The translations under genes were made by a program, and so were the position numbers. A DNA stretch of 64,000 bases from an uncultured bacterium (GTDB taxonomy: Bacteria > Actinomycetota > Acidimicrobiia > Spongiisociales > ZC4RG35), in the NCBI GenBank assembly GCA_963785075.1, contig CAWATW010000001.1, forward strand, positions 69,598 to 133,597, written 5' to 3'. Of this stretch, positions 10,183 to 20,034 are shown in pieces. Position 1 is the stretch's first letter. Each line of letters begins with the position of its first letter. A model generated the notes under the pieces. The model saw only the letters and a list, made by a program, of their open reading frames with translations. It was not told where the DNA came from and made no database searches.

Positions 10183-10431
10183 GGGTCGTTCTCCCTCTCA
10201 GGCGCCTCCCTCGACGCCGTCCTCGCCCAGACTATATGTTGTTGGACGCGTGTGCAGCAATGGCGAGAGGCGGTTTCCGGTCCCCGCTGTCGAGCCTCGG
10301 ACCTCGGACCCGACACCAATGCGGCACGTCCGCCGTACGACCGTGGGTGGGTTGACCCGGACACCGGACTCTCTCGCCCCACCGACTGACCTTGCTCGTT
10401 GCTTCCCCATGACCGGATCTAGGCTCGGTCC

Positions 10432-11040
10432 ATGCGCCGCATGCAACCAGAGGATCGCCGTCAGGCGATCATCGACGCCGCGGTCGCGGTGGCGCTGAGA
10501 AAGGGATTGGCGGCCACCACCGCCCGGGATGTGGCAGCCGAGATGGGGACATCGTCCGGTCTGATCCATCACTACTTCGATTCGATGGACGACGTACTCG
10601 CATCCGCGTTCGAAGTCGTTGCGGCCGCGGATCTCAACCGGACCACCTCGGCGATGGAGCTGGCGTCGGACCCGGTCGACAAGCTGAGAGCCTTTTTCGC
10701 CGACTACGCACCGGCGGACGACGATCGTGCGTACCAGTTGTGGCTCGACGCGTGGTCGGAGGCGGCCCGCCGACCCGCCCTCCGGACCACGTCGCTGCGG
10801 CTCAACGAAGCCTGGCAACAGGAACTCGCCAAGGTGATCGCCGACGGCGCCGTCGAGGGCTCTCCGGCCTCTCAGGACCCCGACGGAGCGGCATGGCGCG
10901 TGATCTCGATGCTCGATGGCCTGGCCCTCCAGGTGGTGGCACATCGGGCCAACGTCAGTCGGTCCACTGCGCTCGGCTGGGCCATCACCATGACCGAACA
11001 CGAGCTCGGTCTCGCCCAGGGAACGCTTCGACACCCATGA
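10432..11040 (+). CDS. TetR-family transcriptional regulator
   Basis: N-terminal HTH LAATTARDVAAEMGTSSGLIHHYF. 202 aa. Transcribed divergently from the demethylase operon. Confidence 0.85.
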   Translation: MRRMQPEDRRQAIIDAAVAVALRKGLAATTARDVAAEMGTSSGLIHHYFDSMDDVLASAFEVVAAADLNRTTSAMELASDPVDKLRAFFADYAPADDDRAYQLWLDAWSEAARRPALRTTSLRLNEAWQQELAKVIADGAVEGSPASQDPDGAAWRVISMLDGLALQVVAHRANVSRSTALGWAITMTEHELGLAQGTLRHP

Positions 11041-11768
11041 GTCGAAATCGAGGGGCGGCTTCGACAGCGCACCAGCTCGTCGATCGGGCACATCGACTGC
11101 TCGAGTCCACGCCACGGCGGTCCATCATCGGAATCACAGGGCCTCCCGGCTCCGGCAAGTCCACGCTCGCAGCACTTGTCGCAGCGGGTGTGAACGCACG
11201 CAGTGGAAACGAAAGTCCCATCTGCGCGGTCGTCCCGATGGACGGGTACCACCTGTCGGACGCGGCGCTCGTCGCCCTCGGTCGGCTCGAGCGCAAGGGA
11301 GCGATCGACACCTTCGACGGGTTCGGCTACCTGGCACTGCTTCGACGCCTCGTCACGGAGTCCGATCGCCAGGTGTTCGCCCCGTCGTTCCATCGTGATC
11401 TCGAGCAGCCCATCGCAGCCGGGATCATCGTGGAGCCCTCTGTACGCCTGGTCGTCACCGAAGGCAACTACCTCCTCATGCAGGACCGACCATGGCCGCA
11501 GGTGCGGGCAGTGCTCGACGAGGTCTGGTATTGCGACATCGACTCCGATACCCGCACTCCGCGCCTCGTCGCCCGCCACGTGGAGCACGGCAAGCCTGCC
11601 GCGGCAGCCGCACGATGGGTTGCCGAGGTCGATGAGCCCAACGCCGAGCTGATTGCGTCTCGCCGTGCTCAGGCCGACCTGGTGGTGGACATGGCCGACA
11701 TCGGGGGACCCCGGGCGGCGCCATCCGATGGGTCGTCCTTCGAACCCGGCTTAGGTCGGCTCGAGTGA
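11037..11768 (+). CDS. P-loop nucleoside/nucleotide kinase-family protein (PRK/uridine-kinase-like)
   Basis: Start ATG overlaps the TetR stop (ATGA). Walker A GITGPPGSGKST. Resembles FrcK/uridine-kinase-type small kinases. Confidence 0.7.
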   Translation: MSRNRGAASTAHQLVDRAHRLLESTPRRSIIGITGPPGSGKSTLAALVAAGVNARSGNESPICAVVPMDGYHLSDAALVALGRLERKGAIDTFDGFGYLALLRRLVTESDRQVFAPSFHRDLEQPIAAGIIVEPSVRLVVTEGNYLLMQDRPWPQVRAVLDEVWYCDIDSDTRTPRLVARHVEHGKPAAAAARWVAEVDEPNAELIASRRAQADLVVDMADIGGPRAAPSDGSSFEPGLGRLE

Positions 11769-11919
11769 CGCAGGGGCGCCGCGCCTCCGGTCGAGGTCCG
11801 GATCGTGACTCCGTCTCCGGGCAGGTGTCCCGTAGATGAAGCCGCGCGTATCCAGACACTCATCGCCTCGTCTGTAGATGTGATCGCACTGAGGGCTATG
11901 CGATCTCACGGGAGGACTC

Positions 11920-13083
11920 ATGGTGCAGGCAATGGAGGGGACGATCGGGCGGCGGGAGGCCGGGCAGACGCAAGAGCTGACGTCTGCGCTGGGACATCTG
12001 CTGGAACGCATCGGAGCGTCGCACTCCCACGAGGACACCGAACCGTCGATGTTCGAGATGAGTGCTGACGAGGTGGACTCCATGCTCGGGCTGCACAGAG
12101 CGGTATCGGTTTCCCCTTCACCGTTGGCCGGCTCGGAGGAACCATCCGACGATCACGGCGAACCAGATGCGCATCCCGACGAAAACGCGGTCGGCGAGGC
12201 ACCTGTCGACGACGTGGATTCCGAAACCATGTCGGCGGACGGGATGCAAGAGCTCCGGCGGGCACGGATCTTCGAGACTTCTGTGGATCGACGAGCATTG
12301 CTGGTGGCCCTGACCGTCCCGGGCTTGCTGGCCTTGGCGATCGCCGGTGTCGCCACGTGGCTCCTATCGTCCCCGGTCGGCCCGGCGATCGAGAATCCGG
12401 TGCAGGTACAGGAAACGGCGCAGGTGCGGGAACCCGCCCCGGTGCAGGAACCGAGTGTCACGACGGTGGCGACCACAGTCCCCGGAGGGGACATCGAGGC
12501 CGGAGCTGCCGCCCTCATCGGCGACCAGGTCATCTCGATGGAGGCGCGAACAGCCCTCGAGGAGATCGGGATCATCGGTGCCGAGCTGGTCGTGACCGAC
12601 GGACGTGTGACGGTAGACGCCGTGGCCCCGCTCGACGCTCTGGCGGGCGGATACTTCGCATTGAAGGAGAGAATCACCGATGCCGTCTCCGTCGAGGGCG
12701 CCTCCGAGATCGAGGTGCGTCTGGAACTTCGTGGCGACGCGGTGACGCTCCGGGACATGCTCGACGAGATCACGCTCGGATCACCAATCGCCTTCGAGTC
12801 GGGCGTCGCCGAGGTCGACCCGACCCACCGGACGACGCTCGATCTGGTGGCGGCGGCGATCACTTCGCAACCAGGGCTTTCGGTGATCGTGGCCGGCACC
12901 ACGGATTCGTCGGGATCGTCGGCCTCCAACGAGGCTCTGGCCCGGTCACGTGCGGAGTCGGTCGTCCGTGAGCTGGTGGAGAGAGGGGTTCCGGTCAACC
13001 GCCTCCAGGTCGTGTCCTACGGAGAGTTGTTCCCGGACACTGCGGCGGCCGAGCGAAGCGTGCGGTTCGAGGTCGGAGCATGA
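11920..13083 (+). CDS. OmpA/MotB-domain membrane protein with acidic N-terminal region
   Basis: Single TM segment LLVALTVPGLLALAIAGVATWLL. C-terminal OmpA-like block TDSSGSSASNEALARSRAESVVRELVERGVPVNRLQVVSYGE. An SD-like GGGAGGA precedes the ATG. Confidence 0.75.
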   Translation: MVQAMEGTIGRREAGQTQELTSALGHLLERIGASHSHEDTEPSMFEMSADEVDSMLGLHRAVSVSPSPLAGSEEPSDDHGEPDAHPDENAVGEAPVDDVDSETMSADGMQELRRARIFETSVDRRALLVALTVPGLLALAIAGVATWLLSSPVGPAIENPVQVQETAQVREPAPVQEPSVTTVATTVPGGDIEAGAAALIGDQVISMEARTALEEIGIIGAELVVTDGRVTVDAVAPLDALAGGYFALKERITDAVSVEGASEIEVRLELRGDAVTLRDMLDEITLGSPIAFESGVAEVDPTHRTTLDLVAAAITSQPGLSVIVAGTTDSSGSSASNEALARSRAESVVRELVERGVPVNRLQVVSYGELFPDTAAAERSVRFEVGA

Positions 13084-14432
13084 GGCGAGGTGCCGCGACC
13101 TTCATGGCCCTTGCAGCAATGGTCGTGTCGGGATGCAGCGGTTTGTCGGGCGCCGGGGTGCCGACGACGTCCGAACCACCCGTATCGACGACCACGACGA
13201 GCCTTCCGCCTGAGCCGACCGTCGAGATCGACGGCGTGACCGTGACCGAAGACACGATCGCCGTGGGTGTCCTCGCCGATCTGACCGGGCCGTACTCCAC
13301 CGGAGTGGTGGATGTCCTCGACGCCCAGCTGGCGTTTTGGGCCGACCTCAACGAGAGCGGAGGGATCGGCGGGCGACAGGTCGAGGTGCTGATCGAGGAC
13401 ACCGGCTATGACACGTCGACCCATCTCCGCGCCTATCACCGACTGGTCGACGACGTCGTGATGTTCTCGCACTCCACCGGAACCGCGCAGACCGCAGCAA
13501 TCGCCGATCTGCTGCCTGGAGACCACCGAGTGGCGATCCCCCTCACGTGGTACTCGGGGTGGTCCTCAGAGCCATTGGGTGCGAACCTGATCGAGATCGG
13601 ATCGAATTACTGCGTAGAAGCCGCCAACACGCTCAGCTACCTTTCCGAACAGCAGACCGACCCTGTCGACCTGGCGGTCGTCACGGTTCCGGGTGACTTC
13701 GGTGCGGACAGCAGCGTCGGAGCCATGCGAACGGCTGAGGCGCTCGGCTTCAACGTCGTCTACGACGGTTCGGCACACCTGGAGCCCGGCGCCGATCTGG
13801 TGGAGATCGCCACGTCGATCGCCCGGTCGGGGGCAGATTGGACGTGGCTGTCGGCCGACCCCTCCAGCGCGATCCAACTGGTCGCCGCTGCGACCCAGTA
13901 CGGATATTCCGGAGCGTGGACTGGATCGTCACCGACCTGGAACAGTCGTCTTCTTGCGACCCAACTCGGGCCGATGTTGGGATCGTCGGTGGTGGTGCCT
14001 TCCCTGGTTGCGCCTCTCGGTGCCGACGTCGAAGGGATGGACTCGGTCTACGCGATCCTTGCCCAGCGCCTCCCCGGACGTTTCCCGTCCGAGGCTCTGG
14101 TTGTCGGCTACCTGGAGTTCGAGGCGACCCGTCAGATATTGCAGACGGCACTCGAGCTGGGAGACCTGACACCCCAGGGTGTCGAATCGGTGGCACGCGA
14201 GCTGGTCGGATCCGGGTTCGGAGGTCTCTCGCCCGCCGCCGACGCGGGCGACCAGGTTGTGGAGTCGACCGGTATCAGCAGGTTCTCATTCGACACCTTC
14301 GTCGGCCAGTACGGTCTCGAAGCGACACTGGCGCAGGATGCGGTCACGCCGATCGAGCCGGTCGCCGGGTTCGACGCCTACGCGTCGAACGCCGGGCTCG
14401 ACTACCGGACGCTGTGCCCTGGGGTCCACTGA
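13080..14432 (+). CDS. lipoprotein, periplasmic substrate-binding protein (Leu/Ile/Val-binding family type I SBP), orphan
   Basis: Lipobox AAMVVSGCSG with a Thr/Pro-rich linker. 450 aa. No cognate permease or ATPase genes are adjacent. ATGA overlap with the upstream gene. Confidence 0.7.
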   Translation: MRRGAATFMALAAMVVSGCSGLSGAGVPTTSEPPVSTTTTSLPPEPTVEIDGVTVTEDTIAVGVLADLTGPYSTGVVDVLDAQLAFWADLNESGGIGGRQVEVLIEDTGYDTSTHLRAYHRLVDDVVMFSHSTGTAQTAAIADLLPGDHRVAIPLTWYSGWSSEPLGANLIEIGSNYCVEAANTLSYLSEQQTDPVDLAVVTVPGDFGADSSVGAMRTAEALGFNVVYDGSAHLEPGADLVEIATSIARSGADWTWLSADPSSAIQLVAAATQYGYSGAWTGSSPTWNSRLLATQLGPMLGSSVVVPSLVAPLGADVEGMDSVYAILAQRLPGRFPSEALVVGYLEFEATRQILQTALELGDLTPQGVESVARELVGSGFGGLSPAADAGDQVVESTGISRFSFDTFVGQYGLEATLAQDAVTPIEPVAGFDAYASNAGLDYRTLCPGVH

Positions 14433-14698
14433 ATCCAGACGCCGGCGGCGCGAGGCCGTGAACAGGTGTGTATCCCCGTGCCCGAGTCCTGCCCCGAGGT
14501 GCCATCATTCAAGCCGCACCCCCCGGTGGCCTTCGGGCCCGCTCGCTGACGGGGGTGACGTGGGCGCCGGGGACAGCTTCTCGGCTCGAGAGGAGTACGG
14601 GCAATGGGACTGCACGCGATCGCCGCAGACGTTCGGGACAACCGGGCGCGGCTGTGCGGATCGGCCGCCGCTCGATGCGGGCACGGAGAGGTGGCGCC

Positions 14699-16192
14699 GT
14701 GTCGTACGTGATGGGGATCGACTCCTCGACGACCGCCACCAAGGCCATCCTCGTCGATCGGAGCGGGTCGGTAGTGGTGGTGGCCGACTCCGACTACGGC
14801 TACGAGACGCCCAAGCCACGCTGGACGGAACAGGATCCGCATCTGTGGTGGGCTGCCACCTGTGATGCGGTCGAGATGGTGTTGGGTCGATCTGGCATCG
14901 ATCCTGGCGCCATCGATGCGGTCGGTCTGACCGGGCAGATGCACGGTTCCGTGTTGCTCGACGAGGACGGCGAGGTTCTCCGGCCGGCCCTGCTGTGGAA
15001 CGACCAGCGCACCGGCGACGAGTGCGATGAGATACGGGATCTGCTCGGAGATCGTCTCATCCCGATCACCGGCAACGACGCACTCACAGGTTTCACGGCG
15101 CCCAAGCTCCTCTGGGTTCGTCACAACGAGCCCGACGTGTGGGAACGGGTGCGACACGTGCTGCTACCGAAGGACTATGTGCGATTCAGGCTCAGCGGCG
15201 ATCTGGCGACCGACGTGGCCGACGGAGCGGGAACACAGCTGTTCGACATAGCGGATCGCACGTGGTCCCAGGTCGTACTCGAAGCACTTGGGATCGCCCC
15301 CGGTTGGATGCCCACCACACACGAGGGTCCCCAGAAGACCGGAGTCGTGAGCACCGAGGCGGCCCGGGCGACTGGTCTCGCCGCCGGAACGCCGATCGTC
15401 GCAGGTGGCGGAGACCAGGCGGCGAATGCGGTGGGAGTGGGCGCCATCGAACCCGGTGTGGTGGCGCTCTCATTGGGGACGTCGGGAGTGGTGTTCGCGG
15501 CTACCGACGAGCCGGTGATCGAACCGCAAGGGCGGGTTCACTCGTTCTGCCACGCAGTGCCGGATCGCTGGCACCTCATGGGGGTGATGCTCTCGGCCGC
15601 AGGAAGTCTCCGGTGGTTCCGTGACTCGTTCGCTCCCAACGTCGACTTCGACCATCTCGCCGGTGAGGCGTCCGCCGTCGAGGCCGGAGCGGAGGGTCTG
15701 CTGTTCTTGCCCTACCTCACCGGCGAGCGGACACCTCACCCTGATCCGCTTGCGCGAGGGGCCTTCGTCGGCTTCACGGTCCGCCATGGCAGGGGACATG
15801 CGGTCCGAGCGGTGATGGAAGGCGTGGCGTTCGGTCTCGCCGACTCGCTCGCAGCCATGACTGCCGCAGGGATGCCGGCGCCCGCCCAGATCCGGGCGTC
15901 CGGGGGAGGCACGAAGAGCAGATTGTGGCGTCAGATCCTGGCCGATGTGCTGGGGGCGGAAATCGCGACCGTGGACACCGCCGAGGGTGCGGCGTACGGC
16001 GCTGCGATCCTGGCGATGGTCGGAGGGGGGTGGCACGATGATGTCGGAGACGCAGTGGCGGAACATGTGATCGTCACGCCTGTCGCCGAACCAAATCCCG
16101 ACCGACGGGCAACCTACGAACGATTGTATGAACTCTACGCCGAGCTCTACCCGGCGCTCCGTACCACCTTCCGTGCCCTGGGCGAGGACTGA
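14699..16192 (+). CDS. xylB: xylulokinase / FGGY carbohydrate kinase
   Basis: MSYVMGIDSSTTATKAIL N-terminus with FGGY motifs (GTSGVV, GGGDQAANAVG, GGGTKSRLWRQILADV). The GTG at 14699 is preceded by GGAGAGG. The track ORF 14468..16192 over-extends the N-terminus. Confidence 0.8.
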   Translation: MSYVMGIDSSTTATKAILVDRSGSVVVVADSDYGYETPKPRWTEQDPHLWWAATCDAVEMVLGRSGIDPGAIDAVGLTGQMHGSVLLDEDGEVLRPALLWNDQRTGDECDEIRDLLGDRLIPITGNDALTGFTAPKLLWVRHNEPDVWERVRHVLLPKDYVRFRLSGDLATDVADGAGTQLFDIADRTWSQVVLEALGIAPGWMPTTHEGPQKTGVVSTEAARATGLAAGTPIVAGGGDQAANAVGVGAIEPGVVALSLGTSGVVFAATDEPVIEPQGRVHSFCHAVPDRWHLMGVMLSAAGSLRWFRDSFAPNVDFDHLAGEASAVEAGAEGLLFLPYLTGERTPHPDPLARGAFVGFTVRHGRGHAVRAVMEGVAFGLADSLAAMTAAGMPAPAQIRASGGGTKSRLWRQILADVLGAEIATVDTAEGAAYGAAILAMVGGGWHDDVGDAVAEHVIVTPVAEPNPDRRATYERLYELYAELYPALRTTFRALGED

Positions 16193-16246
16193 GCTGTATC
16201 CAGGTGGACCGCGGGTGATCTGGAGTGAGAGGACAGAAGAGGAATC

Positions 16247-17677
16247 GTGCCGGCCCCGAAGACACAGTACGTTCGCGACGGCGATGTGCACATCGCCTGG
16301 CAGGAGATCGGTGACGGACCGATCGACGTGCTCGTGGCCCCCGGTTTCATCTCGCACCTCGATCTCAACTGGACGCACCCGGCGTTTGCGACGTTCGTCG
16401 AGCAACTTGCGCGTTTCTCGCGGGTGATCCTGTTCGACAAGCGCGGTACGGGGCTGTCGGATCACGCGGCCGACGCCGACCGATTCGAGCGACGCATGAC
16501 GGACATCGAGTTGGTGCTCGACGCCGCCGGGTCACGCCATGCGGTACTCCTGGGGCTGTCGGAAGGCGGGCCGCTCGCCTCCCTGTTCGCCGCCACCCGG
16601 CCCGACCGGGTCGAATCTCTCGTGCTCATCGGCACCTTCGCCCGGGGCTCCGTGATCCCGTCCGACGTCCTCGACAGGTTCGAGCACGCCGTGGACAACT
16701 GGGGTGAGGGACATACGGCCGGCATCTTCCTCGCAGGCTCCGACGGGCCGGTGGTTCGTCGCTTCACGGCGCTGTTCGAGCGTGCGGCCGCCAGCCCTGG
16801 AGTGGCTCGCCGCCTCTTGCGTTCCATTGCCAGCTGCGACGTGACCGGAGTGCTTCCGGCCATTCACACTCCTACGCTCATTCTCCACCGAACGGACGAT
16901 CCGTTCGCTCTCACCTCGTGGAGCGACGAGATCGAAGCCTTGCTTCCGAACAGCACGAGGATCGAGCTCCCGGGAAGCGATCACCTCCCCTGGATGGGAG
17001 ACGGGTCTGCGATGGCGGTCGAGATCGAGACCTGGGTCACGGGGAGCCGGCCCGTGCGGGTCCCCAGCCGGTCCCGGTTCGCGGCGGTGCTGTTCTCGGA
17101 CATCGTCGACTCGACGCCCCGGGCTGCCACGGCGGGCGACTCCGAGTGGTCACGTCTCATCCAACGCCACAACGACATATGCCGTGATCTTTTCGCGATC
17201 CACGACGGTTGGGCCGTCAAGAGCACCGGTGACGGGTTTGTCTCGTGTTTCGACCGTCCCGAATCGGCCGTGCGTTGCGCCGTCGACCTGCACCGAACGC
17301 TCGAGGGACAGGGGATCGAGATTCGCGTCGGCCTGCACTGTGGAGAGATCGAACGGGTCGACTCCGACGACGTCGCCGGAATCACCGTGAACATTGCAGC
17401 GCGGGTGTGTGCGTCGGCCGAACCGACGTCGACGATCGCCACCGAGATCTTCGCCGATCAGTTGGTTGGGTCCGATGTCGGCGTGCAGAGCATTGGAACA
17501 CACAGGCTACGCGGGGTACCAGGGTCTGTGGCGTTGGTCCGACTGGCGGTCCAAGACATCGTCGTTGATTTGCGCGAGCTCGAGGACGAGCGCGTCACCG
17601 GTGGCATCACCCTCGAGCTCGCCCGGAGAAGCCCCGGATTGGTGCGCGGGCTCGCACGGTTGTCCGGAGCACGGTGA
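16247..17677 (+). CDS. alpha/beta-hydrolase fused to class III adenylyl/guanylyl cyclase catalytic domain (LipJ/Rv1900c-like)
   Basis: N-terminal GLSEGG nucleophile elbow and hydrolase fold. C-terminal cyclase homology domain (FSDIVDSTPRA...KSTGDGFVSCF...IRVGLHCGE). GTG start after AGAGGAA. Confidence 0.8.
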   Translation: MPAPKTQYVRDGDVHIAWQEIGDGPIDVLVAPGFISHLDLNWTHPAFATFVEQLARFSRVILFDKRGTGLSDHAADADRFERRMTDIELVLDAAGSRHAVLLGLSEGGPLASLFAATRPDRVESLVLIGTFARGSVIPSDVLDRFEHAVDNWGEGHTAGIFLAGSDGPVVRRFTALFERAAASPGVARRLLRSIASCDVTGVLPAIHTPTLILHRTDDPFALTSWSDEIEALLPNSTRIELPGSDHLPWMGDGSAMAVEIETWVTGSRPVRVPSRSRFAAVLFSDIVDSTPRAATAGDSEWSRLIQRHNDICRDLFAIHDGWAVKSTGDGFVSCFDRPESAVRCAVDLHRTLEGQGIEIRVGLHCGEIERVDSDDVAGITVNIAARVCASAEPTSTIATEIFADQLVGSDVGVQSIGTHRLRGVPGSVALVRLAVQDIVVDLRELEDERVTGGITLELARRSPGLVRGLARLSGAR

Positions 17678-17802
17678 GCGGCGTCCGGGGAAGAGATCGA
17701 TGTCAGGGTTCGGCGGCGTATCCCAGCAGGTCTGCCGAGAGCACGTGTGCCGACATCCGATCATGGGTACGGCTACGTACGACTACGAGGAGGACGATTC
17801 AA

Positions 17803-18248
17803 TGGCCCACTACATAGCTCGCGTGAAGACCCTGATGTCCGCCGAACGTGCGTTCGCCTACATGTCAGACCTTCGCAACTTCGAGGACTGGGATCCCGGC
17901 GTCGTCGACTCGAAGCAGGTGCTGGGTGAGGAGCCCGGACCCGACGCCGTGTACGACGTGACGGTCAAGAACGCCGGTCGGACTTCGACGTTGCGCTACG
18001 AGGTGACGGATTTCGAACCACCGAACCGTGTTCGAGTGGTCGGGAAGACCGGTGTGCTCACGTCGGTCGACGTCGTCGATGTGGCACCGGATGGGGACGG
18101 TTCGATGGTGACCTACGACGCGACTCTCGTCCTGTCTTTTCCTCTCTCGCTCGGCGACCGCCTACTCGACAAGGCGTTCCAGCGAATCGGCGCCCGAGCC
18201 GCCGAGGGTCTGGAGAGGGCGCTCGACGGGACACTGGTCTCCTCGTGA
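17803..18248 (+). CDS. SRPBCC (Bet v1-like/polyketide cyclase-dehydrase) family protein
   Basis: 148 aa from MAHYIARVKT. Composition and length fit the SRPBCC fold. The upstream part of track ORF 17394..18248 is RG-rich junk. Confidence 0.6.
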
Positions 18249-19258
18249 GCCTCGCGTCGGTGATCGATCGAGCCATAGAGGCACCGATCGTCACGTCGTT
18301 CACCAAGATCGGTTACGAGACGCGGCGGCGGCTCGACCACTGGACCGATCTGGACGACTACGACCTCTCGGGCCGCACCATTGTCATCACAGGAGCGACA
18401 TCCGGCCTCGGGATGGCGGCTGCGGAGCAGTTCGCCCGCAACGGTGCCTCGCTGCTGCTGGTGGGGCGGAGTGAGGACAAGACGGTGGCCGTGGTCGACC
18501 ATCTGGTGGCGGCGACGGGGAATGCAGATGTCGGGCTTGTGATCGCCGACCTGGGCGACCTCGACCAGGTGCGCAGGGCCGCGGAGGAATTGGCCTCCCG
18601 GACCCACGGGATCGACGTTCTGATCCACAACGCCGGAGCACTCTTCAACGAACGCAAGACCGCTCCCTCCGGAATGGAGCTGACGACCACGGTGCAAGTG
18701 GTTGCTCCCTTCCTGCTCACCGGCCTCCTGTACGGCCGTCTGCAGGCGGCGGGCACCGCGCGTGTCCTCACCATGTCATCTGGAGGCATGTACGCGGCCG
18801 GCCTCACCGTCGAAGGGCTGCAGATGGGTGAGGAGGATTATCGAGGCACCGAGCAGTACGCCCGGGCGAAGCGAGCACAGGTGACCCTCAACGAGATGTG
18901 GGCGGAGCGAACCGTGGGAAGCGGTGTCCACTTCCATGCGTTGCATCCGGGCTGGGCAGACACTCCGGGAGTCGAGGCCGCCCTGCCGGGCTTCCGCAAC
19001 GTCGTCGGTCCCCTCCTCCGGACGGCCGAGCAAGGTGCAGACACGTTGGTGTGGCTGGCTGCCGACGACGGAATACCGCTCGAAACGAGTGGGCGATTCT
19101 GGCTTGACCGACGTATCCGACCCATCCACAAGCTGCCGAGCACGCGATCGACCGATACTCCCGATCGGCGTGGGCGTCTGTGGGCGTGGGTGAGCGAGGT
19201 GGCGGGATGGAGCCTCGGTGCCACGAATGGCGGTTTGGGTCCCGGCGCCGCCGGGTAG
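18245..19258 (+). CDS. short-chain dehydrogenase/reductase (SDR)
   Basis: TGATSGLG cofactor motif and the NAG motif at IHNAGA. The GTG start overlaps the stop of the upstream gene. Confidence 0.8.
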   Translation: MSLASVIDRAIEAPIVTSFTKIGYETRRRLDHWTDLDDYDLSGRTIVITGATSGLGMAAAEQFARNGASLLLVGRSEDKTVAVVDHLVAATGNADVGLVIADLGDLDQVRRAAEELASRTHGIDVLIHNAGALFNERKTAPSGMELTTTVQVVAPFLLTGLLYGRLQAAGTARVLTMSSGGMYAAGLTVEGLQMGEEDYRGTEQYARAKRAQVTLNEMWAERTVGSGVHFHALHPGWADTPGVEAALPGFRNVVGPLLRTAEQGADTLVWLAADDGIPLETSGRFWLDRRIRPIHKLPSTRSTDTPDRRGRLWAWVSEVAGWSLGATNGGLGPGAAG

Positions 19259-19842
19259 ATGCGGCTCAGAGAGAAGCAAGGAGCTTCAAGAGCACCGTCG
19301 AGTTCATTGCCCCAGGATTGAGCAAGTCCAGCGCCGACAAGGTCGTGAAGGCGCTCGATCAGCGCCTGCTCGGACTGATCGATCTGTCCCTCACGCTGAA
19401 ACACGTCCATTGGAACGTGGTGGGCCCCCACTTCATCGGGGTGCACGAAATGCTCGATCCTCAGGTCGACGCCGTGAGGGCAATGGTCGACGAAACGGCA
19501 GAACGCATCGCCACCCTCGGTGGAACGCCGGTGGGAACCCCCGGATATCTCGCCGAGAATCGCTCCTGGGATGACTACGCGTTGGGCAAGGCCGGCGTCA
19601 TCGAACACCTCGGAGCGCTCGATGTGGTCTACACCGGGGTGATCGAGGATCACAGGGCCGCCACCCAGAGCGTCGGAGAGCTCGACCCGGTCATCGAGGA
19701 CATGTTGCTCGGCCAACTCGGCCGGCTCGAACAGTTCCATTGGTTCGTCCGTGCCCACCTCGAGTACTCATCCGGCGAGCTGATCGTCTCGGCCGACTCC
19801 GAGGTGGAAGCAGCGAAGCATGCGGTCGAAGCCACTTCCTGA
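19207..19842 (+). CDS. dps: Dps (DNA-binding protein from starved cells / ferritin-like)
   Basis: The Dps-type segment KVVKALDQRLLGLIDLSLTLKHVHWNVVGPHFIGVHEML, carrying His/Asp ferroxidase-site-type residues. The start is uncertain (19180 or 19207) and overlaps the SDR 3' end. Confidence 0.75.
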   Translation: MEPRCHEWRFGSRRRRVDAAQREARSFKSTVEFIAPGLSKSSADKVVKALDQRLLGLIDLSLTLKHVHWNVVGPHFIGVHEMLDPQVDAVRAMVDETAERIATLGGTPVGTPGYLAENRSWDDYALGKAGVIEHLGALDVVYTGVIEDHRAATQSVGELDPVIEDMLLGQLGRLEQFHWFVRAHLEYSSGELIVSADSEVEAAKHAVEATS

Positions 19843-20034
19843 AATCCGACGTCTGCGCACCCATCCATCCGTGACCCCTTCCGCCCGGCGGAGGGGGTCG
19901 CTCCCGTGTGAGGCGGCGATGCCCTTCGACGATGTGCCCCCTTCACTCCCGCCTGCGCCATCCAGCTCCCTCGCACCCCGACTCGACGTTTGGTGGGACG
20001 GAAGCGTTGGGCAAGCCGTCGTTGGAGGTGAAGT

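Noticed and set aside
9028-10389. 453-aa plus-strand ORF
   Set aside because: Antisense shadow of the GcvT-family gene.
12153-12998. 281-aa minus-strand ORF
   Set aside because: Ser/Thr/Ala-rich antisense of the OmpA-like gene.
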